A stretch of 64,000 nt of DNA from a virus. Numbering within the stretch: the first letter of the stretch is position 1; each line of letters begins with the position of its first letter. Under the pieces are notes generated by a model that was given only the letters and a program-made list of their open reading frames with translations, did no database searches and had not been told where the DNA came from. This document shows, in pieces, positions 29,200 to 38,572 of this stretch. The stretch covers positions 8,518 through 72,517 of IMG/VR virus record IMGVR_UViG_3300030382_001297; one strand, 5' to 3'. The translations under genes and the position numbers were made by a program.

Positions 29200-29727
29200 T
29201 TAGTCTTTTATATATTCTCCTGTATGTATCTTTATGCATTGTTGCTTTCCTCTATCATATGCTTCGAGATGTCCTCTGTAAAAATCCCATGCATCTCTAT
29301 TAGCATATAATTTCTTCTTATCATAAGTAGTGGCATAGTAACTCTTTGACTTACTTGCCTCCCAATCATCTTTCTTTAGGTTTTTCCCAGCGATAAAAAA
29401 CTCAGGAGTATTATCAGTTCTCAGTATCCAATGGAGGAATATAAAATATCCTTCCCTCTTACTGTAAGTTCCACTGAACCACGTTTCTCCTGATGTTGTC
29501 TTTATCTCTACTGGATGACCACCCAAACGTATGTCTGGTTCAGCATCTATCTTTGGTGCTACGGCATCCTCTATCAATTCAGCCATAGCATTTTCAAGTA
29601 GTCCACTTATATCTTCTGACTTTTGTTTCTTAGTTTTAAAGAGACTCTTCTTATCATAGAAGTCAAACAACTCTTTAGTATCGCTTGTCAATCTCTCTAT
29701 CACTGCTTTGTTTATGATTTCCTTCAT
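29200..29727 (-). CDS. PD-(D/E)XK restriction-endonuclease-like protein
   Basis: 'EPDIRL....VEIKTT'. Confidence 0.6.
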   Translation of the reverse strand: MKEIINKAVIERLTSDTKELFDFYDKKSLFKTKKQKSEDISGLLENAMAELIEDAVAPKIDAEPDIRLGGHPVEIKTTSGETWFSGTYSKREGYFIFLHWILRTDNTPEFFIAGKNLKKDDWEASKSKSYYATTYDKKKLYANRDAWDFYRGHLEAYDRGKQQCIKIHTGEYIKD

Positions 29728-29991
29728 CTATACTGTGCCTCCTATTCTCACGTAGCAAATCTGACAATAGGGGTTTCCGCTTGTATCTCTATACCTGATA
29801 TACTCTAATGCTAATCTACATTTACACGTATTACAATTACTCATCCGTCATCTCCATCTCTTCGCATTCCCAGTCATATATTGCTTGGTCTATCTCACTC
29901 CAAACTTCTTTAGGCATAGGGACATCAACTTCATTATCATCTTCATCATAGAAGACTATCTTATAAGATATAATCTTTTGCTTATAATCCT

Positions 29992-32136
29992 TCATACTTT
30001 TATAACCCTCCTGATTATCTTTGATACTGCTGGCGCAAGGTTATCTATATTACTAACCATTATATGGTTGTTAAACATCTTTTGTTGTGCATACTTATCT
30101 GCTCCGCTTATTCCTACTTGAATAATTGACCATCCTTTACCTTCTAAATGATTTACTACCTTTCGCACGTGACTCATACCATCATAACCACCATATCCAG
30201 ACGCAGCCGGCTGACCGTCGGAGTATATAATCATAAGCTTGTTAGACATAGGCTGTGAAGATTCTTTACTAACTCTTTCAGCCGCCGCCCATATAGCCAT
30301 ACCATCTCTATTTTCATATCGAGCTATCATAGCTCCCATAGCCATAGGTCTATCTTTCATATTCGGCCCCCAATATTCAGTCATATTGGTCGAACCACAA
30401 TCTGTATGCCATCCAGCTTCACCATCAGCAGTATGACCAAATACCCATAAGTCTAATTTGGGATTATCCTGTAAAGCTTCTTTCGTAGCGATAGCTGACT
30501 GTCGAGCCATCTCCATCTTCCACGAACCCATACTACCTGATTCATCTACCAATATACAAATGTCTAATGGTTTATCATCTTCAATTATATCATTCTTAAA
30601 CAAATCCTTACGACCTAATGGTATTCTGTGAAGCATACGCTTATCTATCTTACCACGCTTCTGATTACGGATAGTATGTTTTTGTGTATTACCATATAAA
30701 TCTATCTTACGCTTGAGTGAATTACTTATCTTCTTCATATTTTTAGATTCTGCCTTATATTTAACTCTTTGACCTTCAGTAGGTCGAGCTTTACGCCAAG
30801 TGATTTTCTTTTGGTTCTTGTATATAAGACCAACCTCAGTCATCTCAGTTTCCATATAGTCACTATCTTCAAGTTCTTCTATCTCTTTTGATATTTCATC
30901 GGCTAATGCACTACTCTTAGCATCTAACGTATAGTCTACTGCTTCTTCAAGTTCCCTCATCCCATCTGAGTCTTTCATTAGCTTACGAACATCAGACATA
31001 CGACTTCTTTTACGTTCTATGTCTTTCTTAATTGAATCCTTTATGGATTCCCACTGTTCATCAGTTAATAAATCACCATCAGTCATAGACTTTTTGAGTT
31101 TGTCCATCTCTTTCTCGATATCTTTCTTCATATCCTCGCCGGAGCCTTTATCTTTAACCATCTTTTCGGCTACTGCTTTAAGATAATGGAATAGTGCTTC
31201 TATACATTCAAAGGTATTTTCTCTACTATCCAATCCATTCTTTAACGCACGTGCAAAAAATCTTATATGCTTTCCGTGACGCTTTCTGCGAGTGTCGCCC
31301 ATATGTTCCGGCCATCTAATGAAAGCTAATAGAGTATTCAGTATATCCATAAATGGATTATCTTCTATCATTTCTAATTTAGTTTCCATCTTCTCCTTGA
31401 AAAAGTGTTTCTTAACTTCAGAAATATATGTCACAAACCCAGCGTTATCTTTAGCTAACTGCTTTTCTATGTATTCATCTTCTACTGAATTAGCGATAGT
31501 ATGTAGTAATGTTCCTTCATATGTATCTTTTACTAATTCTGTTGCTTTCCTCTTTTCCCATCTATATAATGGTTTACTATGAATGAGGTGTAACTTTTCG
31601 TGTATAGCTAATCCTGCTGTTATATCTAAATTGTCATCACTCTTCTTTAGTAGAGACCCATCTATGCGTATGAGTCCTCTTTCTAAATCAGAATAGTTCT
31701 GACCTTCATAATTGTAATCTAACTTATGCGATACTGTTGGGTCTACAACTTTACATAGAGAATCTAAATGTCTCTTATGTTTCAGTAATCTGGTCGCATC
31801 ATCTTTATCAGCGTGGGAACTACCCCAACTACCCCACATACTTGACGTAGAGCCTGTGGATTGTCCTTGCCACCAGCCACCACCACCCCAAGTATAGGAA
31901 CTACTACGGTTCCACATATCTCCGGTGGAAGATATAACGGGTGAATCTTTTATCGCAACTTTTGCTGTTGAAGCAGTAGTGAATCTATCATCATAATCTA
32001 ATGGAGTTTCACATATAGGACATTTATCCTCATGCGTAGCTTCTATCCATTTACTACAATCATAGCAGTAATCATCATCTGATACGCCTGTCCACTTATC
32101 TATATCGGTGTGGTGTGGTTCGTGTTTAATAACCAT
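29992..32136 (-). CDS. VWA-domain protein (CobT-like partner of MoxR AAA+) with HExxH motif and N-terminal Zn finger
   Basis: MIDAS 'LVDESGSMG', 'SDGQP', 'HEKLH', CxxC...CxxC. Confidence 0.8.
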   Translation of the reverse strand: MVIKHEPHHTDIDKWTGVSDDDYCYDCSKWIEATHEDKCPICETPLDYDDRFTTASTAKVAIKDSPVISSTGDMWNRSSSYTWGGGGWWQGQSTGSTSSMWGSWGSSHADKDDATRLLKHKRHLDSLCKVVDPTVSHKLDYNYEGQNYSDLERGLIRIDGSLLKKSDDNLDITAGLAIHEKLHLIHSKPLYRWEKRKATELVKDTYEGTLLHTIANSVEDEYIEKQLAKDNAGFVTYISEVKKHFFKEKMETKLEMIEDNPFMDILNTLLAFIRWPEHMGDTRRKRHGKHIRFFARALKNGLDSRENTFECIEALFHYLKAVAEKMVKDKGSGEDMKKDIEKEMDKLKKSMTDGDLLTDEQWESIKDSIKKDIERKRSRMSDVRKLMKDSDGMRELEEAVDYTLDAKSSALADEISKEIEELEDSDYMETEMTEVGLIYKNQKKITWRKARPTEGQRVKYKAESKNMKKISNSLKRKIDLYGNTQKHTIRNQKRGKIDKRMLHRIPLGRKDLFKNDIIEDDKPLDICILVDESGSMGSWKMEMARQSAIATKEALQDNPKLDLWVFGHTADGEAGWHTDCGSTNMTEYWGPNMKDRPMAMGAMIARYENRDGMAIWAAAERVSKESSQPMSNKLMIIYSDGQPAASGYGGYDGMSHVRKVVNHLEGKGWSIIQVGISGADKYAQQKMFNNHIMVSNIDNLAPAVSKIIRRVIKV

Positions 32137-32495
32137 TTTTCTATATCCTCTTCCGGTTGCATAGCTTCTGCTATCATCTTATATTCAAAACATTTTAAGG
32201 TTCGTTTAGCTGACCCTACTGCACATTTATATACAAATCTATCATCGTCAGTAATCATACCTTCTATCATAGCATATGCATCTTGTATGTCTATCGTTTG
32301 TGGTAGGTTAGTCTCTAACATATTATCATTCTTAAGTCTACGACTATATCCTCCAACGTGCCTACCTGTGATTTCACCCTGTGGGTATGCTATCTTCAGG
32401 GCTTTGGCTACCATTGCTGGCTTCATTCCATGCTCTAATAAAATTTTTGCTGGAGTATGCCAATACATATGTTTCTTACTTCTTACTTTTGCCAT
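32100..32495 (-). CDS. Hypothetical protein
   Basis: ORF between the AAA+ and VWA genes. Confidence 0.55.
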   Translation of the reverse strand: MAKVRSKKHMYWHTPAKILLEHGMKPAMVAKALKIAYPQGEITGRHVGGYSRRLKNDNMLETNLPQTIDIQDAYAMIEGMITDDDRFVYKCAVGSAKRTLKCFEYKMIAEAMQPEEDIEKWLLNTNHTTPI

Positions 32496-32497
32496 AC

Positions 32498-33802
32498 TTA
32501 ATCACCCATTGATTGTATTGCTTGAATAACTTTAACTCTATCAGTGTCGTCACCAGCAGTTATAGGATAGAATGGTAAGCAAGTATGCTTAAGTGCATCA
32601 AGCAAAGTCATACCATCTACTACTAATTCACCTACTGACAAACACATACGAGTAGAAACAGCTACGTTTAACTCTTCTGCTTTATATAAATCTCTAATCT
32701 TCTTAGCAAATTCAGTTATACGCCTTGCGTCATCATCTTCGAGATGTGGAACACGATTCTGTAATAGTTCCTGTTCTTTATTCTGTGGTAGGTAATCTAA
32801 TTCGTATATACCTCCAGTGAATCTATCCTTCCAAGCTCTATCTAAGTCGTTGGCCGCCCCAAGATATTCTCTACCTATGTTAGCAGTAGCGAAGAAGAAT
32901 ACGTTAGTATCTAACTTAACTATGTCTGCGTCATCACTTTCGTCTAACGCTAAGTATCTTTGACCATCTAACACAGGCATAAGTATATTACCTAAGTCGC
33001 CTGTCCTATCTCTTGTCACTTCGTCAAGCATAATGAATGCTCCACTGTTATCTTCTAAGGCTGATACGAAACGAGATGGCTTAAACCACGTTCCATCCTC
33101 TTGATTATACTTTGTGTCTCCTAATAGCTTTGCCGCCGGATTCATAGTATCCCCAAAATTGAACTGATGGAATGGTTTGTTAGTTATCTCTGCCAATATC
33201 TTACCTAAAGATGACTTACCGCAACCGGATGGCCCTGTCACAAGTATATACTTATTCCTAAAGATGTTGCGTAGCATAGTATAAAATGTCATACTATCTG
33301 CGAACTTAAACTCTTCAGGTATAGCTACGCTTGACTTAAGCTTTCCTATCACACTGTCATCAATAACAGGTATAATAGGTTCTTCTTTTATTGCTTCAGC
33401 CATAAAATCATCTACGGCTGTCTCCCTATCATCTCGCATAGCGTCACCGCTTTCTATATCCTCATCCAATACTGAATGGTCTGGACTATCTCCTATATCT
33501 TCTATCGGAGTCTCATGCCCTATGGCATCTTCTGCTGGCTCGGATGACTCAGGATATCCTCCTACGTCATCTCTATATGTCTCTTCTGACTTCATTTTTT
33601 TTACCTCTTTATGTATATCTTCGAGTTCTACCTCTAATCTTGATATCATTTTGTTGTATTCTTCGAGAGCTTCGTGGTCTATCACAGGCTCTCCCATAAC
33701 TTTATCTTTGCATTCATTCATGAAACGTAGCTTATCTTCTACTTTTACTTGCTTAGTTGTTAGTTCACCTAATTTAGCGAACTTCTCACTTCTACTACTC
33801 AT
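32498..33802 (-). CDS. MoxR/CbbQ/CobS-like AAA+ ATPase
   Basis: GPSGCGKS, 'MLDEVTR', 'ATAN', 'LDRAWKDRF', 'STR'. Confidence 0.87.
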   Translation of the reverse strand: MSSRSEKFAKLGELTTKQVKVEDKLRFMNECKDKVMGEPVIDHEALEEYNKMISRLEVELEDIHKEVKKMKSEETYRDDVGGYPESSEPAEDAIGHETPIEDIGDSPDHSVLDEDIESGDAMRDDRETAVDDFMAEAIKEEPIIPVIDDSVIGKLKSSVAIPEEFKFADSMTFYTMLRNIFRNKYILVTGPSGCGKSSLGKILAEITNKPFHQFNFGDTMNPAAKLLGDTKYNQEDGTWFKPSRFVSALEDNSGAFIMLDEVTRDRTGDLGNILMPVLDGQRYLALDESDDADIVKLDTNVFFFATANIGREYLGAANDLDRAWKDRFTGGIYELDYLPQNKEQELLQNRVPHLEDDDARRITEFAKKIRDLYKAEELNVAVSTRMCLSVGELVVDGMTLLDALKHTCLPFYPITAGDDTDRVKVIQAIQSMGD

Positions 33803-33912
33803 CTACCAACCTCTCATATCACATAGGCATTTATTATGTTCTACTGCACAGTCGCATACTATACATACTTCTATACCCATCTCATCTATCCTTAAAGGTT
33901 CTATATCTTTAT

Positions 33913-34446
33913 TCATTCTCTATCCTCCGGCTCACACCATTCCCATCCGAGTGCTTCGTATATCCCTGTCTCAGTTGGTCCTGCTATCTTTTCGCCTTCT
34001 TTATTATATAATCCGTATTGATTTAGTTTATATCCCATTCTTTTAACAAGATATCTCTTACGGATGTTATATCTTTGAGGTCCAGTCGTATACATCATTG
34101 CTGTCCCCCAGCTATCGTGTTCTGTGAAGAATATATTATATAACATTCCTTCACTATCTTTAAATATAATTCTCTTTGAACCTGCACTAAGGATGTCATA
34201 TCTGTCATCACCTGTTGTAGCAAGATAGTCAAAGACTTTCTTCCATCCGTTGGTGGTTAGTATATCTATATCTCCTATCATCTCTTCACACCTACGCATC
34301 GAACCTGTTATCATTGTTCCTTGATGTTCATCTCCTATATCGCATATTCTATGCCACATCAGGTTAGCTTTATCATAGGCTTCTGCGTATCTTATCTTTT
34401 CTCCGCTACTCATACATCTCCTCCGCTTTCTTAATCTCAGCTTCAT
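33913..34446 (-). CDS. Minimal family X DNA polymerase-like protein (palm+thumb only; start probably ATG 34413)
   Basis: 'GSMRR....GDIDIL', 'YTTG...N...R......GYKLNQYGL', 'TE..IY..LG..W..P..RE'. Confidence 0.8.
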   Translation of the reverse strand: MKLRLRKRRRCMSSGEKIRYAEAYDKANLMWHRICDIGDEHQGTMITGSMRRCEEMIGDIDILTTNGWKKVFDYLATTGDDRYDILSAGSKRIIFKDSEGMLYNIFFTEHDSWGTAMMYTTGPQRYNIRKRYLVKRMGYKLNQYGLYNKEGEKIAGPTETGIYEALGWEWCEPEDRE

Positions 34447-34568
34447 CGACCTCTACGTTTGATTGGTCATTACTAATACTCATCTCTATATCTTTAAGCA
34501 ACGTGGCTAATAATATAAGCCATTCAATGTCCATCTTCCTAAATGGATTGTCGTCTATACTACTCATT

Positions 34569-34916
34569 TTAATTACTTCGCTTACGTTTATACATTGACC
34601 TATCTAATCTACTCTTATCGTAGCCGTAGGTTTTCCTACCACTAACTGGTCGGACACTACCTTTCACTTCGTATTTACGTATAGTATTCACTATCTTTAA
34701 GAAATCATTTGGTTCCATTATACTCAGCGTATCTCTAATACGCTTCAGTCCTATACTTGTTTCGTATAGGTTTTCACCTGATTCAGGATAGACTTTCTTT
34801 ACAAGCGTAGCCCAAGTCTTATAGTCACTATCTTTATCATTCGCTACACTTAAGAGAGGATAGTTATATCTTCCCTTCATCATCGTGCGGATGTCATCTA
34901 ATGTTATATCACTCAT
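34569..34916 (-). CDS. Hypothetical protein
   Basis: ORF track. Confidence 0.5.
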   Translation of the reverse strand: MSDITLDDIRTMMKGRYNYPLLSVANDKDSDYKTWATLVKKVYPESGENLYETSIGLKRIRDTLSIMEPNDFLKIVNTIRKYEVKGSVRPVSGRKTYGYDKSRLDRSMYKRKRSN

Positions 34917-35069
34917 CTGGAACTTCTCCCATTAACTTCATTGCTTCTATTGTTGTGTTAGATTCTCTACCATTACATTTCCATCCTATCCCTATAACTC
35001 TTAGTCTATCTTCTACCATTGTAGTTAGCTCGTCTGCCGTATAGGTTCCGTGTGGACTATCGTATAACA

Positions 35070-35303
35070 TTATAAATCTACTCCTGATATTACTTGCTGT
35101 CTTATACCTTCAGCGTGCAACTTATATTCTTCGTAAGTTGTTTTGTGAGGTAGTGGGGCAACAGAAAAGTATAGGTCATTCATCTTATTCCTACGCATCC
35201 TGTGGCCTGTGTCTATTCTTCTAACACCTGTTTTAATATCCTTCATTATTGATAGGACTTGTTCGGGTGTTATATCTTTAAGCATTTCTTCGATTGAACT
35301 CAT
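35070..35303 (-). CDS. Hypothetical protein, first gene of the long minus-strand block
   Basis: Preceded by a TATA-like CCTTTAAATAC at ~35333-35343. Confidence 0.55.
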   Translation of the reverse strand: MSSIEEMLKDITPEQVLSIMKDIKTGVRRIDTGHRMRRNKMNDLYFSVAPLPHKTTYEEYKLHAEGIRQQVISGVDL

Positions 35304-35459
35304 TTTTAACCTAAATATTAGAACGTTTCAAAGTATTTAAAGGTGTCGGCGGTTTTGGGGGTCTAAGCGTATAGACTCGTGCTCAACTCTAAAAGTATAG
35401 AATCCCGCTCATCATCCGCAGAAAATCGGGGTTACTATATTATACTATATTAAGATAAG

Positions 35460-35568
35460 GCTCTATTAAGTGCTATATAGACGCAAGCTTTATATAGTTC
35501 TATAATTATATATCTTAATAGAGCAAAGATATATTGCTTAATAGAGCCTATTAATATCTTAATAGAGC
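35460..35568. repeat. Iteron-like 11-bp repeats CTTAATAGAGC (3 direct, 1 inverted); candidate replication origin
   Basis: Copies at 35514, 35537 and 35558, inverted at 35460, in an AT-rich ORF-free region between divergent genes. Confidence 0.6.
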
Positions 35569-35905
35569 TTAATTATAATATTAGAGCAACGTATTGTTTA
35601 TAGTATTTTTTTCTTCTTACACGTATAGAATAAAAAAGCTCTATACCGCATTTTCTCATTGAGCCTCTCAGTTTCTCACCTGCGCAGTGCGTAGTAGGGC
35701 CTACTAATGAGCGATATAAAGCTCTCAAAGTCTATTATAGAGTTTATAAGCTCCATTGTGCACACAGTTGGATACAAATGAATCTCACCTCGACGTCACG
35801 ACGATAGCGTAGTGCTTTTATAGAGCCTTGTTGAAATATAAGAGATATAAACTTCCTATCCCAGCATGTGTAAATGGACATGTCTGAACGGATAGAACGA
35901 AAAGT

Positions 35906-35981
35906 AGTGAGCGGGCCTTAAACAAGGGTATATAAGGGTCGAGGGGTTTTATATACGATTTATAGGGAAAGCTTTATATAC
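35906..35981 (+). promoter_or_regulatory. Composite promoter copy 1 (GTGAGCGG box plus three TATA-like boxes)
   Basis: Same 23/19/25-bp geometry as the four minus-strand copies; directly upstream of ORF 36020. Confidence 0.7.
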
Positions 35982-36019
35982 TTTCAAACCATCTGTATTA
36001 TAGAGAAAAAGGAGGAAAA

Positions 36020-36376
36020 ATGCCTAAAACAACTGAAACGCAAAAATCTACTGCAATGGATTATTTGGCGGCCCCACGTGGTGAAGGAATTGTAAAGAAC
36101 CTAATGGCTCTTTTAGGATTCCAAGCCCCAAAGGGTGGTCGATTGCCTGTTGGAGTAAAATACGATACACTTGTAGCAATGAACGACGTATTAAGCGCTG
36201 AAATAAGTGCTGAAACGACTTCGATGATTACAAGTAGGATTGTTGAGCTACAAGCGTCACGACGTTTAAGCACTGGAAAAGTTTCCGCAACACCGGAAAG
36301 TATAATCAGTGCAATTAAGTCGGGTCGTATTTCATTGACCGAACTTCAAGCGAAGCTCGAAGCAATGGAGTCTTAA
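36020..36376 (+). CDS. Hypothetical (putative early) protein
   Basis: GGAGG RBS, own composite promoter, and a hairpin downstream. Confidence 0.7.
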   Translation: MPKTTETQKSTAMDYLAAPRGEGIVKNLMALLGFQAPKGGRLPVGVKYDTLVAMNDVLSAEISAETTSMITSRIVELQASRRLSTGKVSATPESIISAIKSGRISLTELQAKLEAMES

Positions 36377-36405
36377 ATAAAATATCTCACCTGAGATAAA
36401 ACGTA

Positions 36406-36424
36406 GGGGGGGCGATTCCCCCCC
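36406..36424 (+). terminator. G7/C7 hairpin after ORF 36020
   Basis: GGGGGGG-CGATT-CCCCCCC. Confidence 0.45.
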
Positions 36425-36463
36425 AAACCATTCGCACTTATATTTATCTGACGTCGATAATAA

Positions 36464-36730
36464 GGACGGGAGCATTTAAGACGCTTCTCGACTTTTAGCA
36501 GATTGAAGCCAATTTAAATTGTAGACAAATCACTCCGGAAAATATACCTATCACTTGTTTAAGTTACTTATTAAAGCAGACTTGCGCTTACTCTCAAATA
36601 GATTAATAACGAGAAATTCTTTATCACATTCCCTAATACCGAGCACAACTTCTAAAACTGAATTGTCAAGCTTTTCTCACTTGCGCAGAAACTCACCTGA
36701 CGGGTTAACCGTTTGTAGTTTCTCCCGTCC
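36464..36730. ncRNA. Candidate 267-nt stem-closed RNA
   Basis: GGACGGGAG/CTCCCGTCC terminal inverted repeat. TATA-like CTTATATT 27 nt upstream on +. No credible ORF. Confidence 0.4.
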
Positions 36731-36886
36731 AACCTTATAATGACACCTGTTCTAAACAGGGAGGGCTTAAAAGCGGGACGCCCAAAACTATAACCTTATA
36801 TAGTGCCCTCCCGAAATGAACAATTTGCGCATGTCCGAATGGGGACCCCCAGAAACTTGTAGGGGGTCCTTTCGAGGTTGACTTCT

Positions 36887-37126
36887 TTATAATACTCTGT
36901 GAGCGTTTTCTTTAATCTCAGATACGTAAACGTCTCCGAGCTCGAATTCTCCGTAAGTCATCGGTGATTTCACACCACAAAACCATCTGGCGTATTTGTT
37001 CTTAGCTTCCAGTTCTGGCTTTTGGTATTTCTTCAGGACTCGCCATTCAAATCCTGCACCGTGTTTATCCACCCAAATTTCGTAGGGCTTCGCTATTTCT
37101 CTTGTCTTCTTTTGTGATTCTGTCAT
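36887..37126 (-). CDS. Hypothetical protein
   Basis: GAGGT RBS, TATA box at ~37160, and a downstream hairpin at 36843-36869. Confidence 0.65.
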   Translation of the reverse strand: MTESQKKTREIAKPYEIWVDKHGAGFEWRVLKKYQKPELEAKNKYARWFCGVKSPMTYGEFELGDVYVSEIKENAHRVL

Positions 37127-37672
37127 TGTTTGACCTCTAATATACCAAGGGTTAGGTCCTATTTAAGCTTTTGCACATGTCTAAAATTAGGGAGCCCTAA
37201 ACTGTAAGGCTCCACATTAAAATTAAGAAGCTCCCAAACTTTTCAAATGGGAAACAAGAGGGATTTAACATTCCCCTGTTTCCTCATCGAAGACACCACA
37301 ACAAAGGCAAGTGTATTTATCTCCACTACATTTAAGATTGTGGTCTTCTATCTTTTTGCGTTCTATCTCAAACTCTACGTTTTCGTCGTATAGGTCGTCT
37401 ACATTAGGCATTGTTCACTCTCCAATATAAATTGTTGTGCGTTGTCTATCACTGAATGATATTCTGAAAGGTTTTCATCTCCAACCTCTACCAATACCTG
37501 ACGGATAGAGTCAAGACCGTAAATGATTTCGTCCTGTCTCATTTTGATTCACCTAATATCTGTTCTACTATATCGTGCCACAAGTCAAGCATTTGGTCTG
37601 TGGTAAACGGCTTATCATTATAATAATGATTTTTTAAAACTTTCATTTCGTCTGCTGTTAATATTATTTCAC

Positions 37673-37924
37673 TCATTCTAAACCTCTTATTTGTTCGTCT
37701 TCTTTAAAGATTGCGTCTAATTCCTGAATCCTTGCGTAGACTTCTTTTTTCCATCTTACTAAATCCTGACCTTTTAGCTTGTCACCTCTTAAGGTGTATT
37801 CGTCAGCCCAAAAGCTAACCATTCCTCTTACAGTTCCAAGAATCCAAGATTCAATAGAATATTGTTCTTTGCTTAAAGCGTCGGCTTCCCTTGCTCTTTT
37901 TAAATTTCTTCTTATCGTTTCCAT
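37673..37924 (-). CDS. Hypothetical protein
   Basis: GGAG RBS; packed ORF. Confidence 0.55.
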   Translation of the reverse strand: METIRRNLKRAREADALSKEQYSIESWILGTVRGMVSFWADEYTLRGDKLKGQDLVRWKKEVYARIQELDAIFKEDEQIRGLE

Positions 37925-37926
37925 TT

Positions 37927-38109
37927 TTAGTATTCTCCATTATCTTCCCAATCGTAATTTAACTCGAATTTTTCATTCTGTCCACAGGTGCAATTATCGT
38001 AAATCCAATCGCAACCGTCTGCGTGTTGGTTTTCTTCGTGCGTTGCTCCGCTGTTTTCGTATTGAAAGGCCATTTCATCTGTTAGATTTTGTAATAAGGT
38101 TTTTCTCAT
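37927..38109 (-). CDS. Small acidic hypothetical protein
   Basis: GAGGT RBS; H..C....C.C motif. Confidence 0.55.
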   Translation of the reverse strand: MRKTLLQNLTDEMAFQYENSGATHEENQHADGCDWIYDNCTCGQNEKFELNYDWEDNGEY

Positions 38110-38252
38110 TTTGCGACCTCTTTATCAAGTCCCAACTTTTGGGCCTCTATTGCCTCGTAAATTTCGAGGGTGTGACTCATCGGTAATTTAAACCGACGGC
38201 TGGCTTTCCTGAAACGGAATTCGTTTCTTAAAATGTTTTCTTTGAAGCTCAT
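38106..38252 (-). CDS. 48-aa micro-protein (not in ORF track)
   Basis: MSFKENILRNEFRFRKASRRFKLPMSHTLEIYEAIEAQKLGLDKEVAK; directly after a composite promoter, ATGA-coupled to the next ORF. Confidence 0.6.
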   Translation of the reverse strand: MSFKENILRNEFRFRKASRRFKLPMSHTLEIYEAIEAQKLGLDKEVAK

Positions 38253-38283
38253 TTTTTCTCTCTAATTCTACTCTAACGAGAGA

Positions 38284-38359
38284 GTATTTAAGGGTTTGGG
38301 TCATTTTAGTATATAAGTATCGAGGGGGTATATATAGTCCGTTTTAGGTTCCGCTCGCA
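38284..38359 (-). promoter_or_regulatory. Composite promoter copy 2
   Basis: Boxes at 38284, 38309 and 38328, CCGCTC at 38351. Confidence 0.75.
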
Positions 38360-38376
38360 CTTTTTCGCGCATGTCC

Positions 38377-38511
38377 TTAAAAGGAATATACAATCTCACA
38401 GTCAAAACAAAACTGTGCGTCTGGTAGTTTTGTAAATGGGTTATCCTTTTGGTAACCGTCTACTAATTCTCTTTTACATTCTTGGCAATTCTTATATCGT
38501 CCGTGTTTCAT
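38377..38511 (-). CDS. 44-aa Zn-ribbon micro-protein (not in ORF track)
   Basis: MKHGRYKNCQECKRELVDGYQKDNPFTKLPDAQFCFDCEIVYSF; AAGGTA RBS; TATA box at ~38545. Confidence 0.6.
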   Translation of the reverse strand: MKHGRYKNCQECKRELVDGYQKDNPFTKLPDAQFCFDCEIVYSF

Positions 38512-38572
38512 ATTTTACCTTATATTACCTATAACGAGGGAGGTTATAAAGGTTTGCACATGTCCAAAGTTT

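Noticed and set aside
29992-33802. cobS/cobT as cobalamin-biosynthesis genes serving the B12-dependent RNR
   Set aside because: There is no CobN or other cob gene; the motifs only support a generic MoxR-VWA pair.
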